From Octopus vulgaris (lineage: Eukaryota): a stretch of 64,000 bases of DNA. The notes under the pieces are model-generated. The model made no database searches. It worked only from the letters and a program-made list of their open reading frames with translations, and had not been told where the DNA came from. Location of the stretch: contig OX597822.1 of assembly GCA_951406725.2 (NCBI GenBank), forward strand, positions 20,460,001 through 20,524,000. Reading direction: 5' to 3'. This document shows, piece by piece, positions 52,796-64,000 of the stretch (the stretch's first letter is position 1; the number at the start of each line of letters is the position of its first letter). Position numbers and translations under genes: made by a program.

Positions 52796-53479
52796 GAGAT
52801 AAAACATATTCCCAGCGTTCATCGAAAGGGAGAGAATGGTGAATCTGCCAAAGCCACCCCAATACCAAATGAATATGCATGTCGGTCCCTGTGCGAAGAA
52901 CAGATGGTAGGCCTAAGTGTCCGTGGAATGAAATTCCCTTCTGATCGCCACAGAAAAAAAAGAGAAGCCATATGAAGACTTTGATGGATGAGTAGTAACA
53001 CGCTGTATTAACAGATAAGACGCCGGAAAAACAAATCTCAAGGACATCTGCATACGTCTATTTAAATGAGGATTTTGCATAGGCTCTTGTGCCAAATGCC
53101 AGAATTTCAACTTGCCACCCACAAATGCAAAAGAGGAACTGGGAAGACTAGATATTATCATAGTTGAAAAGCTGAATGAGCTGATATGAACGGAGTTTGG
53201 TAGAACACAAAGTAGCCACATTTGATGATATTGTTTATGCAACCTGTAGGGACACTTGTTCGGGGAAACTGCCAAGAGAAAAACACCATCTCATTAATCC
53301 CGGGGATAACCAGAGATGTATAACATGCAAGGGAAAAAAAGGGATTTCAAAAACCAGTTGAATATTAAATCGGAGTTTGAGATCTAGGGGCAAAGTTAAT
53401 ATTTGAATTCTAACTAAATAATGCTAGGTATTTTGTCAGACATAGTATATATCGTTGCATCTAATACCAACTGCCCATG

Positions 53480-54700
53480 CCAACTCACAATCACTTCTAT
53501 ATTTCCTTCCATAATTTTATATGCTTCGGCTTTATAAATAGTGCTGTCGTGCTAGTTAAAAGCGGTTTTCGAGATACGAGAGTGGATACTTACTCTTCGA
53601 ACAAACTAGATGATAACATTGTCATAGATATACCAGAGAGGCGAATGATAGGGAAACGATAGATTTCCTGAACAGTGCTTATTTTTCTGAGGCAGTCTAT
53701 GTAATATGTGTTTTGTGTGGTTTCACCGTTAATAATTTTAATTAATTTTGTATTGCAACGCAGTTTAAAAGAACCAAAACGCAGGAATCATATTATCTTA
53801 AGGTCTGATTATTGTATCCACCCATTCCAATGATTGCTTATCTAATCCACTTTTTATGTCTTTTATAAACTGGTCATGCATTAATTATCCATTCCCTTTA
53901 TCACTCTTCTTCTGTTCTAATAATCATTTCAATACAACTTCGTTTTACATCCATCACCCAGACTTCACCACTGTTCTTTCTGTAGCAACTACGATGGTCT
54001 CGCTCAGTCTTATACAGTTTTAGCAGCTTTTCAACCGTCTTCTAACTCTGCTTCTTTGAAGATAACTTCTATAGTCATAACTTTTTGGGTGATGTAGTGC
54101 ATCATTTATAGCCATTCTCTTTCGTGCTTTAACATCAAGCCTTCTAATCTCTTTTGATAATCCCAGCTCCATACTTCGTCATCGAAAGCTAAATGTATGT
54201 TGTCATAATTATGTTTTTTTTTCTATTTTTATGCAAATTAAATTTGCTTTTTAAGACCAGCTACCTTCTAAAATATTCATTTTCAAATGCTCTTTTCGTT
54301 TTAAGTTTCTTTGATCTTATCTGTTTTTAATAAATATTTATGTCCACTGTTCTCTGTGTTTAAATATTTGTATCTACTGTCCTCTATATCTGCCTTCACC
54401 TTCCCTATCCTGTCAGATAATACCATTTTCTTCTCTAATCCCGAAATCCATCTCTATGAAATGAATAAATAAACTCACATATCCAGTTGATCTCTGCTCT
54501 TTTTACACTTCTTAAGATCATCGCTTTATAGTTAATAGCTTATTTTGAACATTTTTTTGCCCATTTTCTTAAAACCAATATTAAAGGTATCGTGCATACC
54601 ACGAACAGTAGTACTATCTTAATTTGAACATTTCTTCCTGATGGCGTAAGCTTATGCTTCCAATTTTTTATGCTTCAAAGTCACTCGCATTTTCTGCCTG
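53480..54700 (-). mobile_element. Very decayed R4/Dong-clade LINE
   Basis: Minus-strand remnants ALHHPKS.D, LMHDQFIKD (MHGQF equivalent). Confidence 0.5.
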
Positions 54701-55187
54701 GATAGTTACATACATCTATTATCCGCGAGGGGATAATAGCTGCATGGCGATCCTTTGTGTATTTTAATGTTTTTTTCGGGGACATTGTGGGGACGATCAA
54801 TGAGAAAATACATGTAATCGAAAGGGGCCAGTATAGACTTACAACTTCTTATAAACCCATAAAACCACAACGCTTTGACAAAATTACGTCTATTCGTGGA
54901 CGCAGAAATACGAATAGTCAGACTGGCAGTGCAGCACTGGAGACTTTGGTATACAAGTTCAGCAAAAGTCACGTGAAAGTTTCTTCTCGAAAACTTTTAC
55001 AAATCAAATGAACAACAACAATAACAGCAGGATCCTAAACACTGTCAATCAAACCCCTGTAAATGGCAGAGGAGCTTACCTCATTCTTGGTCTCAAGAAC
55101 TGACCAGAAACCTGAGAGTCCCATTCCTCTAGCCATTTTGCGAGTGAGGGAGACAGATGAAAATGTGGCCATAGTAACATCAGTAAG

Positions 55188-55248
55188 TCTTAGTCCCCAC
55201 AACAATAACCACCATTACTCCATTTTCTTGTGATGAGAGAGAAAGAGA

Positions 55249-55294
<46 letters not shown>

Positions 55295-56253
55295 GATGAT
55301 GATGATTGTGGAGAAACGTTCCCAAACTGTCAAAGGGAGCATCAAGCGTAAAAAGAGAGAAAACGTCTCCAAAGAAAAGAGGAGTGCACATCAATTGAAA
55401 AATCATCTCTGCCATCAAGGTCCTCTACACAGATACGTCTTCAACCATCTTAACTCCTGATGGGGAAACATCATCTTTCTCAATCAAAGCCGGAATACTG
55501 CAGGGAGACACACTCGCCCTATTTCTCTTCATCATTGTCGTTGACTATGTGCTACGTATGTCAGTTGATACCATTTCTGATAAGGGCTTTGAAATAAAAC
55601 CTAGAAGACGACATCGCTCTTAAATGAGGTAATTTCTACTCTTCTCCTCTGGAAGCCATCGGCTCCCGATTCCAGAGGGAGCACACTCTCCTACCCTGAT
55701 GTAATCTCCAGGGATACAGGCATCCACCAACAGGACCTCCGTAATGATATGATGGACCGTGAAGTCTGGCGTAACATAATAAATTCCATTGTCTCGACCA
55801 CGGTCGAACAATGATGATGATGATTGAAAAAAATAAAATCAGACGAGAAAGAACTCAATCATCAAATCATCAATGGTTCCCTTCCTCAAACGATAATGGG
55901 TAGAACAATGAATTGAAATTCGTCCTCCTTCAATGATAAACACAGATCTTATGGACATATCTGTAGTTCATTAAAATCTACTAGATATTCGAAGAACCGG
56001 AGGATGGTAAAAATATAACAATATCTTGAAGACATCTTAGTCCCCACAACAATAACCACCATTACTCCATTTTCTTGTGATGAGAGAGAGAGAGGGAGAG
56101 AGAGAGAGAGAGAGAGAGAGAAATGATGATGATGATGATTGTGGAGAAACGTTCCCAAACTGTCAAAGGGAGCGTCAAGCGTAAAAAGAGAGAAAAATTC
56201 TCCAAAGAAAAGAGGAGTGCACATCAATTGAAAAATCATCTCTGCCATCAAGG
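55188..56253. repeat. ~220-235-bp direct duplication (55188-55422 / 56036-56253)
   Basis: tcttagtccccacaacaataacc...(GA)n(GAT)n...ctctgccatcaaggt present twice. Confidence 0.9.
55423..55825 (+). mobile_element. Internally deleted RTE/RTE-X-type LINE 3' fragment with (TGA)n tail
   Basis: LTPDGETSSFSIKAGILQGDTLALFLFIIVVDYVLR fused to LSYPDVISRDTG...MMDREVWR. Confidence 0.8.
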
Positions 56254-56447
56254 TGTTATGGATCCCTTTAGGGTTCCAGACTGCAGGACGTACAATGACG
56301 AACAGATACAGGTGTAAGGCACTCTAATCCGACCTATCCAGTGGCTTCTCACCAGCGTGTCATTAAATAAGTACAGTTGAACATTAGGGTCGACTTATTT
56401 GACTTACCTCATACTCCTAACTGGCTGGCCTTGAGTAAAAATGCATG

Positions 56448-58150
56448 TCACTAATTACCAACAGGGTCCAATGGACCCAATATTTTTCTCTTAATGAAAT
56501 TTTATTCAAGCTACCACTATTTCTTAGTTACATTATATATGCCATCAGGTGAATGAAGAATTACTGTTCTCACAAATTTTAATAAAAAAATACAGCTTAC
56601 AGAATATATTATAAATTTAAAAAATTACAAAAATACAGAATTACAGCTCTTCATGGCAGTGAATGCAGGGAACATTGCAATGTTCTTGGCAAACATGGCT
56701 TTACAATTCTTACATGTAGTATGAGTTCTCTTGTCTTTTTTGGGGCCACACAAAAACATCTTTCTTTTTTCTTTGGCTGAAGAATCTCAAAAGAGGTTGA
56801 AGATCGTCTTCTTTTCTTGTTTGGTTAAGAAATGTTAGAACTAGAACAGAGTTTGTCGTATTCTTGTTTCGCATTAACTCCAACACGTTCTTTTCCTAAC
56901 TAAATTAAGCAGTCTTCTTTTATCCTTGAAACTTTTCAAGTGAAGATGTTTAGCAACAATGAAAGCATTCACTGCACTTATATCAATCATGTTCTAGAAT
57001 AAAACGATTGGCCATCTTCGAGTCATTCTTTTGCAAATGTATGTCCTTACCATCATATCTAGGGTATTTCCTCCCACTTTTGTTTTGTTGTAACATGTAA
57101 TAACTTCAGGTTTCTTTTCAGCACGTTTTGAATCAATTAAAGGCTGAGAGTGTATTGTACTCATAAGTGTGACAACATAATTTTTCTTGAGACAATAAGA
57201 TAGGATCATAGAATCCTTTTGAAATCCAAATATTGTGCTGTTGATTTTTCTTTCCTTTCTATTTGTGAAAGCACTTGGAAGTTCAACTCTGTTCCAAATA
57301 AAGTAGCTTTTTTGCTAAGCAGCTTTCGAGCCAATCCTAGACTTGAAAAAAAATTATCAAAAGTTATAATGCGACCAATATTTTCAAGCTCTTTTCAAGC
57401 TAGTCTTCAACAAATCTTGAACTTTGATTTGTTTCTCTCTCTTTTACTGTGCCTTTTCCAGCGTAGATTTGCATTTTTCAGTCATAATTTGGGCATATTG
57501 CCCAAATTTTAATTCCATATTTTCCTGGTTTTGAAGGAATAAATACTCGGAATGGGCAGCGCCCTCTGAATGAAACTAATTATTCATCAACTATCATGCA
57601 TGAACTTGGAACATGTCCATCTTGCAAATTCTGACTCCACATTTTAAATACTTCTCTTATGGGCTCCATTTCCTCATCACTTTTCTTTTTTCTTCTTGCA
57701 CTAGCATCATCAAAACGCAATATTTGTAAAATCTGTTGAAATCTTCCCTAGTTCATAATATTGTTGACACTTGGGTGGGTGGGGCATCTTTTTGATTACA
57801 TAACTGTGTGACATTTGCATGGTTAGATTTATAAACACCTATAAGAATAATCAGTCCCATAAAATTCTTTAGTACTAAGTGATCAATTTCCTTCCACTTA
57901 TATTTGTAAACAACCTTTGTCCATTTACGAATTACTTCAAGAAGACTCTGGCGCATAAACATAGTAAAACATTTTTCAATGATATCGCATCACCTTTTAG
58001 CAAACCCGGATGGTTCACATTCTTGGCGCACAATATGGCAAAATAAGGTTCTTATTACTGCTTGAGTAAGAGGATTAGAATGTCAAACTCCTTATCTGTT
58101 TCTAGAAACATATTGCTCATTCATAGTTGGGTGGCTTGCAGATAATTGGT
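56448..58150 (-). mobile_element. Decayed piggyBac (PGBD4-like) transposon
   Basis: RFQQILQILRFDD, IVDE*LVSFRGRCPFR.FIPSKPGKYGIK, FDNFFS, YNKTKVGG.TLD, RRWP, C-terminal Cys-rich tail. Confidence 0.85.
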
Positions 58151-58480
58151 TTTGAGTGACAAAAATTGGACACATAGAAACTGTGTGGCAGCCCGTGTGA
58201 TGGATTGTAACCGTAACCGGCCTTATAACACACTGACTCTACCTGAAGATGAAATTTAGGGTACACACACTTATGGAATACTCAATCTTTTATAAGTAAA
58301 TACAATAAACAGTTAATTCAGTTGATCGCACAACTGAAGTCCTATCGGCGAAATCGACGGAAATAAAAACGAGTTTTTGGACTAGTAATTTGTTACGAAA
58401 CACTGTCTGTGACACTCTTTCCATTGAAATTTGTTTTGTGCGTGCGTGCGTGTGTGTGTGTGTGTGTGTATCTGTCTGTC

Positions 58481-58511
<31 letters not shown>

Positions 58512-58652
58512 ATGTGCAATGTTACCCTTTCAGTGTATGACCGAATAGTTTTCAAAATTTTAGAAACCAAAATCAACATTTTAAAATCTTAACTTAGCTG
58601 ATTAATTTGATAAATCTTGATAAAATAAATTGTAAAAACATAAAGTCAGGAA

Positions 58653-58733
58653 GTATGAATATATATTTATTTAACCACGTATGAATATATATTTATTTAA
58701 CCACGTATGGATATATATTTATTTAACCACGTA
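58653..58733. repeat. 26-bp tandem repeat x3
   Basis: gtatgaatatatatttatttaaccac. Confidence 0.9.
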
Positions 58734-59711
58734 ACTTTCATAGGATTACGGCCGTTTCGAAGACTTCTTCGTGTACTATGAATTTCAGTATAGAAGAAAA
58801 TAAGGATACATTTTTACGTTAATATGTGCGCTCACCATTTTACAGTACAACTGTATATTCACAAATAATTGCAAATAAAGAATTCTAGCTCATCAAATCA
58901 CCAGAATATCATGGTTACACCAGCAATAGTAATTCTTCGATTTTTTGTCCAAGTAGTTTCTGAGATACGAAAAGAGCATTCAAACAGCCAAACATACAGG
59001 ATAACAACAATGGTACCCATATGTTTGATGGTTGGGTATGCCAGAAAAGCGAATGATGTTAAAAGTACAATTGGCCTTTTGTGTGTAGTTGGTTTTTCAG
59101 TTTGCTTCTATGAAACTATAGATATTCTGAGCAAGACGAGCATCGGCAGTAACATAAATAGATAAATAAATAAAATGATCTATTGCTAAGATTTTGCCTC
59201 ACATAACATTGAACAATGGTATTATATAAAATATGCATCAGCGGTTCTGAGTCATATCTTACAAATATACCATTAGCTCAATTATTATCTAGGATAGAAT
59301 AATCAAATTGATAATAACAGAATTAATAATATAGGCGATATTGCAGGCCCCACACGCCAAAAGCATTAAATAGCTGAAGGATTAATATTTATATTAATCA
59401 AAGGACATTCTGAGTATGTCTGCCTTCTGGAAATTACAGTCAAAACTAATTTAAACCGCCAAAAAATAACACTGACAATAACTACAGAAATCAACTGTTT
59501 GCGAGCATACGGGTTAAGAAAATTATTCAACATACCAATATAGCATCCAGCTATATATATTTTCTAGTAATTTGACTCGTGTGGGCCGGTTTGGGGACTG
59601 TTATTATAGACCCACCCTTCTCAGCACGTGTTACCACGATGAAAAAATACCCCAGCCCGTCACGCTATTGTTAATTTTCGGCGGTTTATTGTCAGTGTTA
59701 TTTTTCGGAGG

Positions 59712-59893
59712 CGTTAGAGGGCATCACTTTGCAAGAGTTCTATGACTGCTTCGAACAGTGGAAAATGTGCCTGGACCAGTGCATTGCTTCAAATGGAGAA
59801 TACTTTGAAGGCAATAAAAGTGTAAACATGTAAAACTAAGTGTATAAAATAATATTGCAAAATTCCGATTTCCTTTAGATGTCCTCTCGTATA
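59712..59893 (+). mobile_element. mariner 3' fragment
   Basis: EFYDCFEQWKMCLDQCIASNGEYFEG, then TIR-like ...cctctcg-TA. Confidence 0.75.
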
Positions 59894-60575
59894 TATACGC
59901 TTGTCTTCCTCATAGTTTCCATTTGCCAAATTTCTTTCAGAAGATATTATCCAACCCTAGGCTGTGATGTAAGACACTTCCTCAAAGTACTTCACCACAA
60001 ATGTTGGAAATACGACTCCAGAATTCCGTGGTTACGGCACAACCTTCTTAAGCACAAGTCAGTATCTGAACTTTTCCTTCATTTTCCATAGCTTTTTAAC
60101 AATTTCTTTCCAGTAGGGACGCGATTTCCACGTGAAACGTCGACAACAATATGTAACATGAATAGATTTATTGTAAGATTCATTGGATTTATTTTATAAA
60201 ATATATCAAGTTCTCTTTCTGCTTACACCAATATTGAACGACGTCAACAAACAAACACACGAATGTCTACGCTAAGGTGTAGGGAAATTATTTTCTTCAC
60301 AGGTAAGGAAAATAATGAATCTTTAACATTCAAAGTTATAGCAACTTAGGATATTTGAATTACCTTTTTGGTCTGAAGAACTAAACCGGTTATATTTATA
60401 CTTTCACTTTTCTTTCTTTTTTTGTGTCACGTGTTCTTAAAGAACTTCGTTAGTTAATAGCTTCAAATTTGAACGATAGGGGAATTTGCTAGGAGCGAAA
60501 GATTCTTCTCCTCTTGCTTTAAATAACAAACAAATCTTCCTTCGTTTCGTATCGTACATTTTTATAGGACGTATA

Positions 60576-60978
60576 GGCGCATGTGTGGCTGTAAGGTTAA
60601 GAAGCTCGAAACCATTTGGCTTCGGGTTCAGTCGTACTGCGTAGCATATTGAACAACTCTTTTCTAGTATAATCCCACACCGACCAATGCTTTGATGGTG
60701 AATTTGGTAGACGGAAACTGTGTGGGATCCTGTTGTGTATATATAGATATCTATATATAAATGTGTGTGCTTTTGAATTTTGTCTCACACCACCGATTGA
60801 CAACCAGTGTTACTTTCTATACGTCCACGTTACGTAGCAGTTCATCAAAAGTGAGTGAGGAAATAAATACCCAACATAAGAATAAGTACTGGGATCGAAT
60901 TACTCGACTAAACCCTTCAAGACGGTGTCCCATCATTACCGAAGTCCACTGACTGAAACAAGTAATAAAAGATAAAGA
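60576..60978 (+). mobile_element. SINE family A, diverged
   Basis: aggcgcatgtgtggctgtaaggttaag...gggttcagtc...ttggtagacggaaactg...tgactgaaacaagt. Confidence 0.75.
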
Positions 60979-61189
60979 TTGGGTAATTAGGCGGTTACAG
61001 AGGCACTATTTCTAAATAAAAGACGGAATATTCACAGTGGAAACATTTATCAAGAATGTTTTAGAGTTGGACAACAATGCAAACATCTATTCAGTGAACA
61101 CAAGTAACTTTTAGAACTTTAGACATTTGGGTATATCCTTTTACTTTCAGATTTTCCAATACACTTTCTCAAAAGAAAAGAATATTTAC

Positions 61190-61395
61190 TTCTTTATCTC
61201 CTACAGGGGTTTAAACATAGAAGGGGGCAGACAAAGGGATTGAGTCGATTACATTGACCCCAGTATGTAACTGGTATTTATTTAATCGACCCCGAAAAGA
61301 TGAAAGGCAAATTCGACCTTGGCGGAATTTGTACTCAGAACGAAATACCTGCTAAGAATTTCGTCCGGCGTGCAAACAATTCTACCAGCTCTCCA
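61190..61395 (-). mobile_element. SINE family B, diverged
   Basis: tcgaccccgaaaagatgaaaggcaaattcgaccttggcggaattt. Confidence 0.7.
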
Positions 61396-62274
61396 TCCTA
61401 GAATAAAAAGAATATTAGTTGAAATAAAAGTTAAGTACGACATCCAACTAACCGAGAGAATCCTAGTCGTTCCACTGACGATTTAGGTGCCATAGGTCGG
61501 TTTGCTCAATCAAGATTGAGTTAAGTCTATACAACCGCCATCACCACCATCGCCACCACCACTACCATCGCAACAACAACAATTAAGTTTATCGTCCGTA
61601 TCATATCCATTTTTTTTTATTTGATTATATATCAGTTTGGTTTTTCCAGCAAAATGCATACAGGAAATCAGACAAACCTGTAGAATAAATAATAAAGGAT
61701 TTTTGTTTTGTCTTCCTTCGTATCTTACTCTCTGTCCCTTCCCTACCCACTTTCCCCTTCTCCCTCACTTTCTTTCTGTTTGCGTGTCTGTTTCTCTCTC
61801 TCTCTCCCTCTCTCTTTCTCACCCCCACTCTCCTTTGCATTTGAATATCTGCTTATCTCTCCTCCTCCTCCTAAATTGCACAAACTACGTAATAGATAGT
61901 ACAATTTCCAATAATGTTACCGAGTTAATGATCTGTAGAGTATAGAATTTTAAACGAAATGTGTTTGTTTATGTATTAAAAATTGAATCTTTAAATACCA
62001 AATAAAAAGAAAAACGAAAAGCTAGATGTCTATCAGCAACGAAACTTATACATAAATATGCATAGCTGTTATATATAAAACGGCCACAAAGCCTGTAACG
62101 TGATAGATGAACCTGCAAGAAATAGCTGCTAAAACCTTCCAAAATTACATTCTAGAAGGAAAAATACATTATGATACAATATGCATCATAATAAACAGGA
62201 TGGTCATAGATTGAACGACTTTTATTATTATTATTATTGTTGTTGTTGTTGTTATTATTATTATCATTATTATT

Positions 62275-62349
<75 letters not shown>

Positions 62350-62351
62350 GA

Positions 62352-62715
62352 AAGCGGCGAGCTGGCAGAAACGTTAGCACCTCGGGCGAAATGCGTAGCC
62401 GTATTTCGTCTGCCGTTACGTTCTGAGTTCAAATTCCGCCGAGGTCGACTTTGCCTTTCATCCTTTCGGGGTCGATGTAATCGAATTAATCCGTTTGTCT
62501 GTCCATGTGTGTCCTCTCTGTGTTTAGCCCCTGGTGGGTAGTAAAGAAATAGGTATTCCGTCTGTCGCTTCGTTCTAAGTTCAAATTCCGCCGAGGTCGA
62601 CTTTGCCTTTCTTCCTTTCGGGGGCGATGAAACCAGTACCAGTTGAACTCTGGGGCGATGTAATCGACTTAACCTCCGCCCCCCAAATTGCTGCCCTTCT
62701 GGCAAAATTTTAAAC
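62352..62715 (+). mobile_element. Dimeric SINE family B
   Basis: gcggcgagctggcagaaacgttagcac...; core gccgaggtcgactttgccttt occurs twice. Confidence 0.85.
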
Positions 62716-62719
62716 CATT

Positions 62720-64000
62720 ATTATGATTATTATTATTGTTGTTGTTGTCGCTGTTGTTGTTTTACTTCTCAGGGCGCTCGGTCTTGTTTGCTCTGGATGA
62801 CTCTGTGAGAACGGACAGCAGCCTGTTGTCAGAGGTCTCACGTTTTCCGCACATTGTAAGCTTTGATATTTGGTTGTTAATTATCGCGGAAGACATTCAA
62901 CATCCAAGTACTAACCTCAAAATTCTAACTATCCCCAGCAGAGCAGTTTTTTGGGCCTGCTCTGCTCCCACGTCAATTCCAATTGCTCTGACATATATCT
63001 CGAATTTGGTTCTTAGTGCTCCGAGTGCTCCTACAATTACTGGGATGACAGACACTCTCCTCATAATCCACATTCTTGCAATTTCGTCTTTTACTAGTCT
63101 GTACCTTCCATTTTTTTTTAGTTCTCTGTCACTTATTCGTGCATTGCCAGGTATTGCAATATCTATAATCTTTATCTGCCACAACAATATCTGGTCTCTG
63201 ATCATCAATTAGGGAGTCACATTGGATTGTAAAATCCCACAATATCTTATACTTCTTGTTCTCGGTGACTCCTTCTGGTTCATGTTCATATTATTTCCGC
63301 GCTCTGTCGAAGTCATACTTTCTTCATGGACAAACTCAACCACGTAGTCGTGCCTCCTTTTGTAGTGATTTTCGGCCAGCTTGCTACATTCACAATATGT
63401 GAAATTGTTTCGTTTTTGCTGCCACACATTCTACAAATTGCTTGGTTGCTACATTCACAATATGTGAAATTGCTTTCACAATATGAAATTGTTTCGTTTT
63501 TGCTGCCACACATTCTACAAAGGGGCGATTCGCTGCTCTTATCCTGTATCTACAATCTTGTTCCTGATAGCTCTCCTTCTTTTGGATTTCACATTTCTAT
63601 CTTTTTCCAAGGTATTGATATGTTTTTATAGTTTATTCATTGATTACTTTATTCTTTTTTTTCCACCATGGCTCTTTTTCTTCATTTCCTCTTTTACGAG
63701 TTGGTTCGAGGCCTACTTTTTTTCCTGTATAGACGATACAAACTTTAATCAGTCAATTCATTCTGGTTATATTATCTGTCTTATTTTCTTACAGCATGTT
63801 ATTCACCTCCTGGGTTCACCCTTTGAGAAAATTTATATTTTTTCTGAATCCATTTATTTCCATACCCAGGTTTTCCTCAATGATATTAGTGATGTCTTCG
63901 ATCATGTCCTCATCATTCAGTCCTTTTAACTCCTAAGGCTTAAGTCCTCATAATTCTCCCGGGCACCCTCATTAAATATAATCTTGACAACTTTCTCTGT
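62720..64000 (-). mobile_element. R4/Dong-clade LINE 3' part (CCHC, RLE, 3'UTR, AAC/AAT tail)
   Basis: CRMCGSKNETISHIV, YKRRHD, ILWDF.IQCD, IIDIAIPG, VIPVIVGALG, QKTALLG. Confidence 0.88.

Noticed and set aside
58740-58778. HHR-like gaagaagtcttcgaaacggccgta on the minus strand
   Set aside because: Palindromic stem III present but no CUGANGA core or stem I

Overview
This is AT-rich, microsatellite-saturated eukaryotic DNA with no recognisable intact host gene, and most ORF-track entries are translations of (AAT)n, (TA)n, (CA)n or (ATAC)n repeats. The repeat make-up resembles an octopus (coleoid cephalopod) genome; this is an inference. The window is a transposon graveyard. Retroelements: a Penelope-like element (RT + GIY-YIG, 33.5-37.5 kb), an RTE LINE (41.3-43.8 kb), several R4/Dong-type restriction-like-endonuclease LINE fragments, Tx1/L1 fragments and three tRNA-derived SINE families. 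DNA elements: a near-complete IR/DR Tc1 (37456-39080) plus mariner, piggyBac and Helitron/HINE remnants. The main unannotated signal is a set of type-I hammerhead ribozyme (HHR) motifs readable directly in the sequence (1454-1529, 7387-7428, 8204-8256, 37318-37355, 39744-39849, 40431-40536). Most lie in small non-coding, terminally repeated elements in (TA)n tracts. One sits behind a tRNA-type Pol III head and one at the 3' end of the Penelope element. Together they suggest a retrozyme-like or Penelope-parasite RNA system. A 560-bp non-coding element that targets (AAT)n is a candidate Dong-mobilised parasite. All coordinates were read by eye, and boundaries of decayed elements are approximate.
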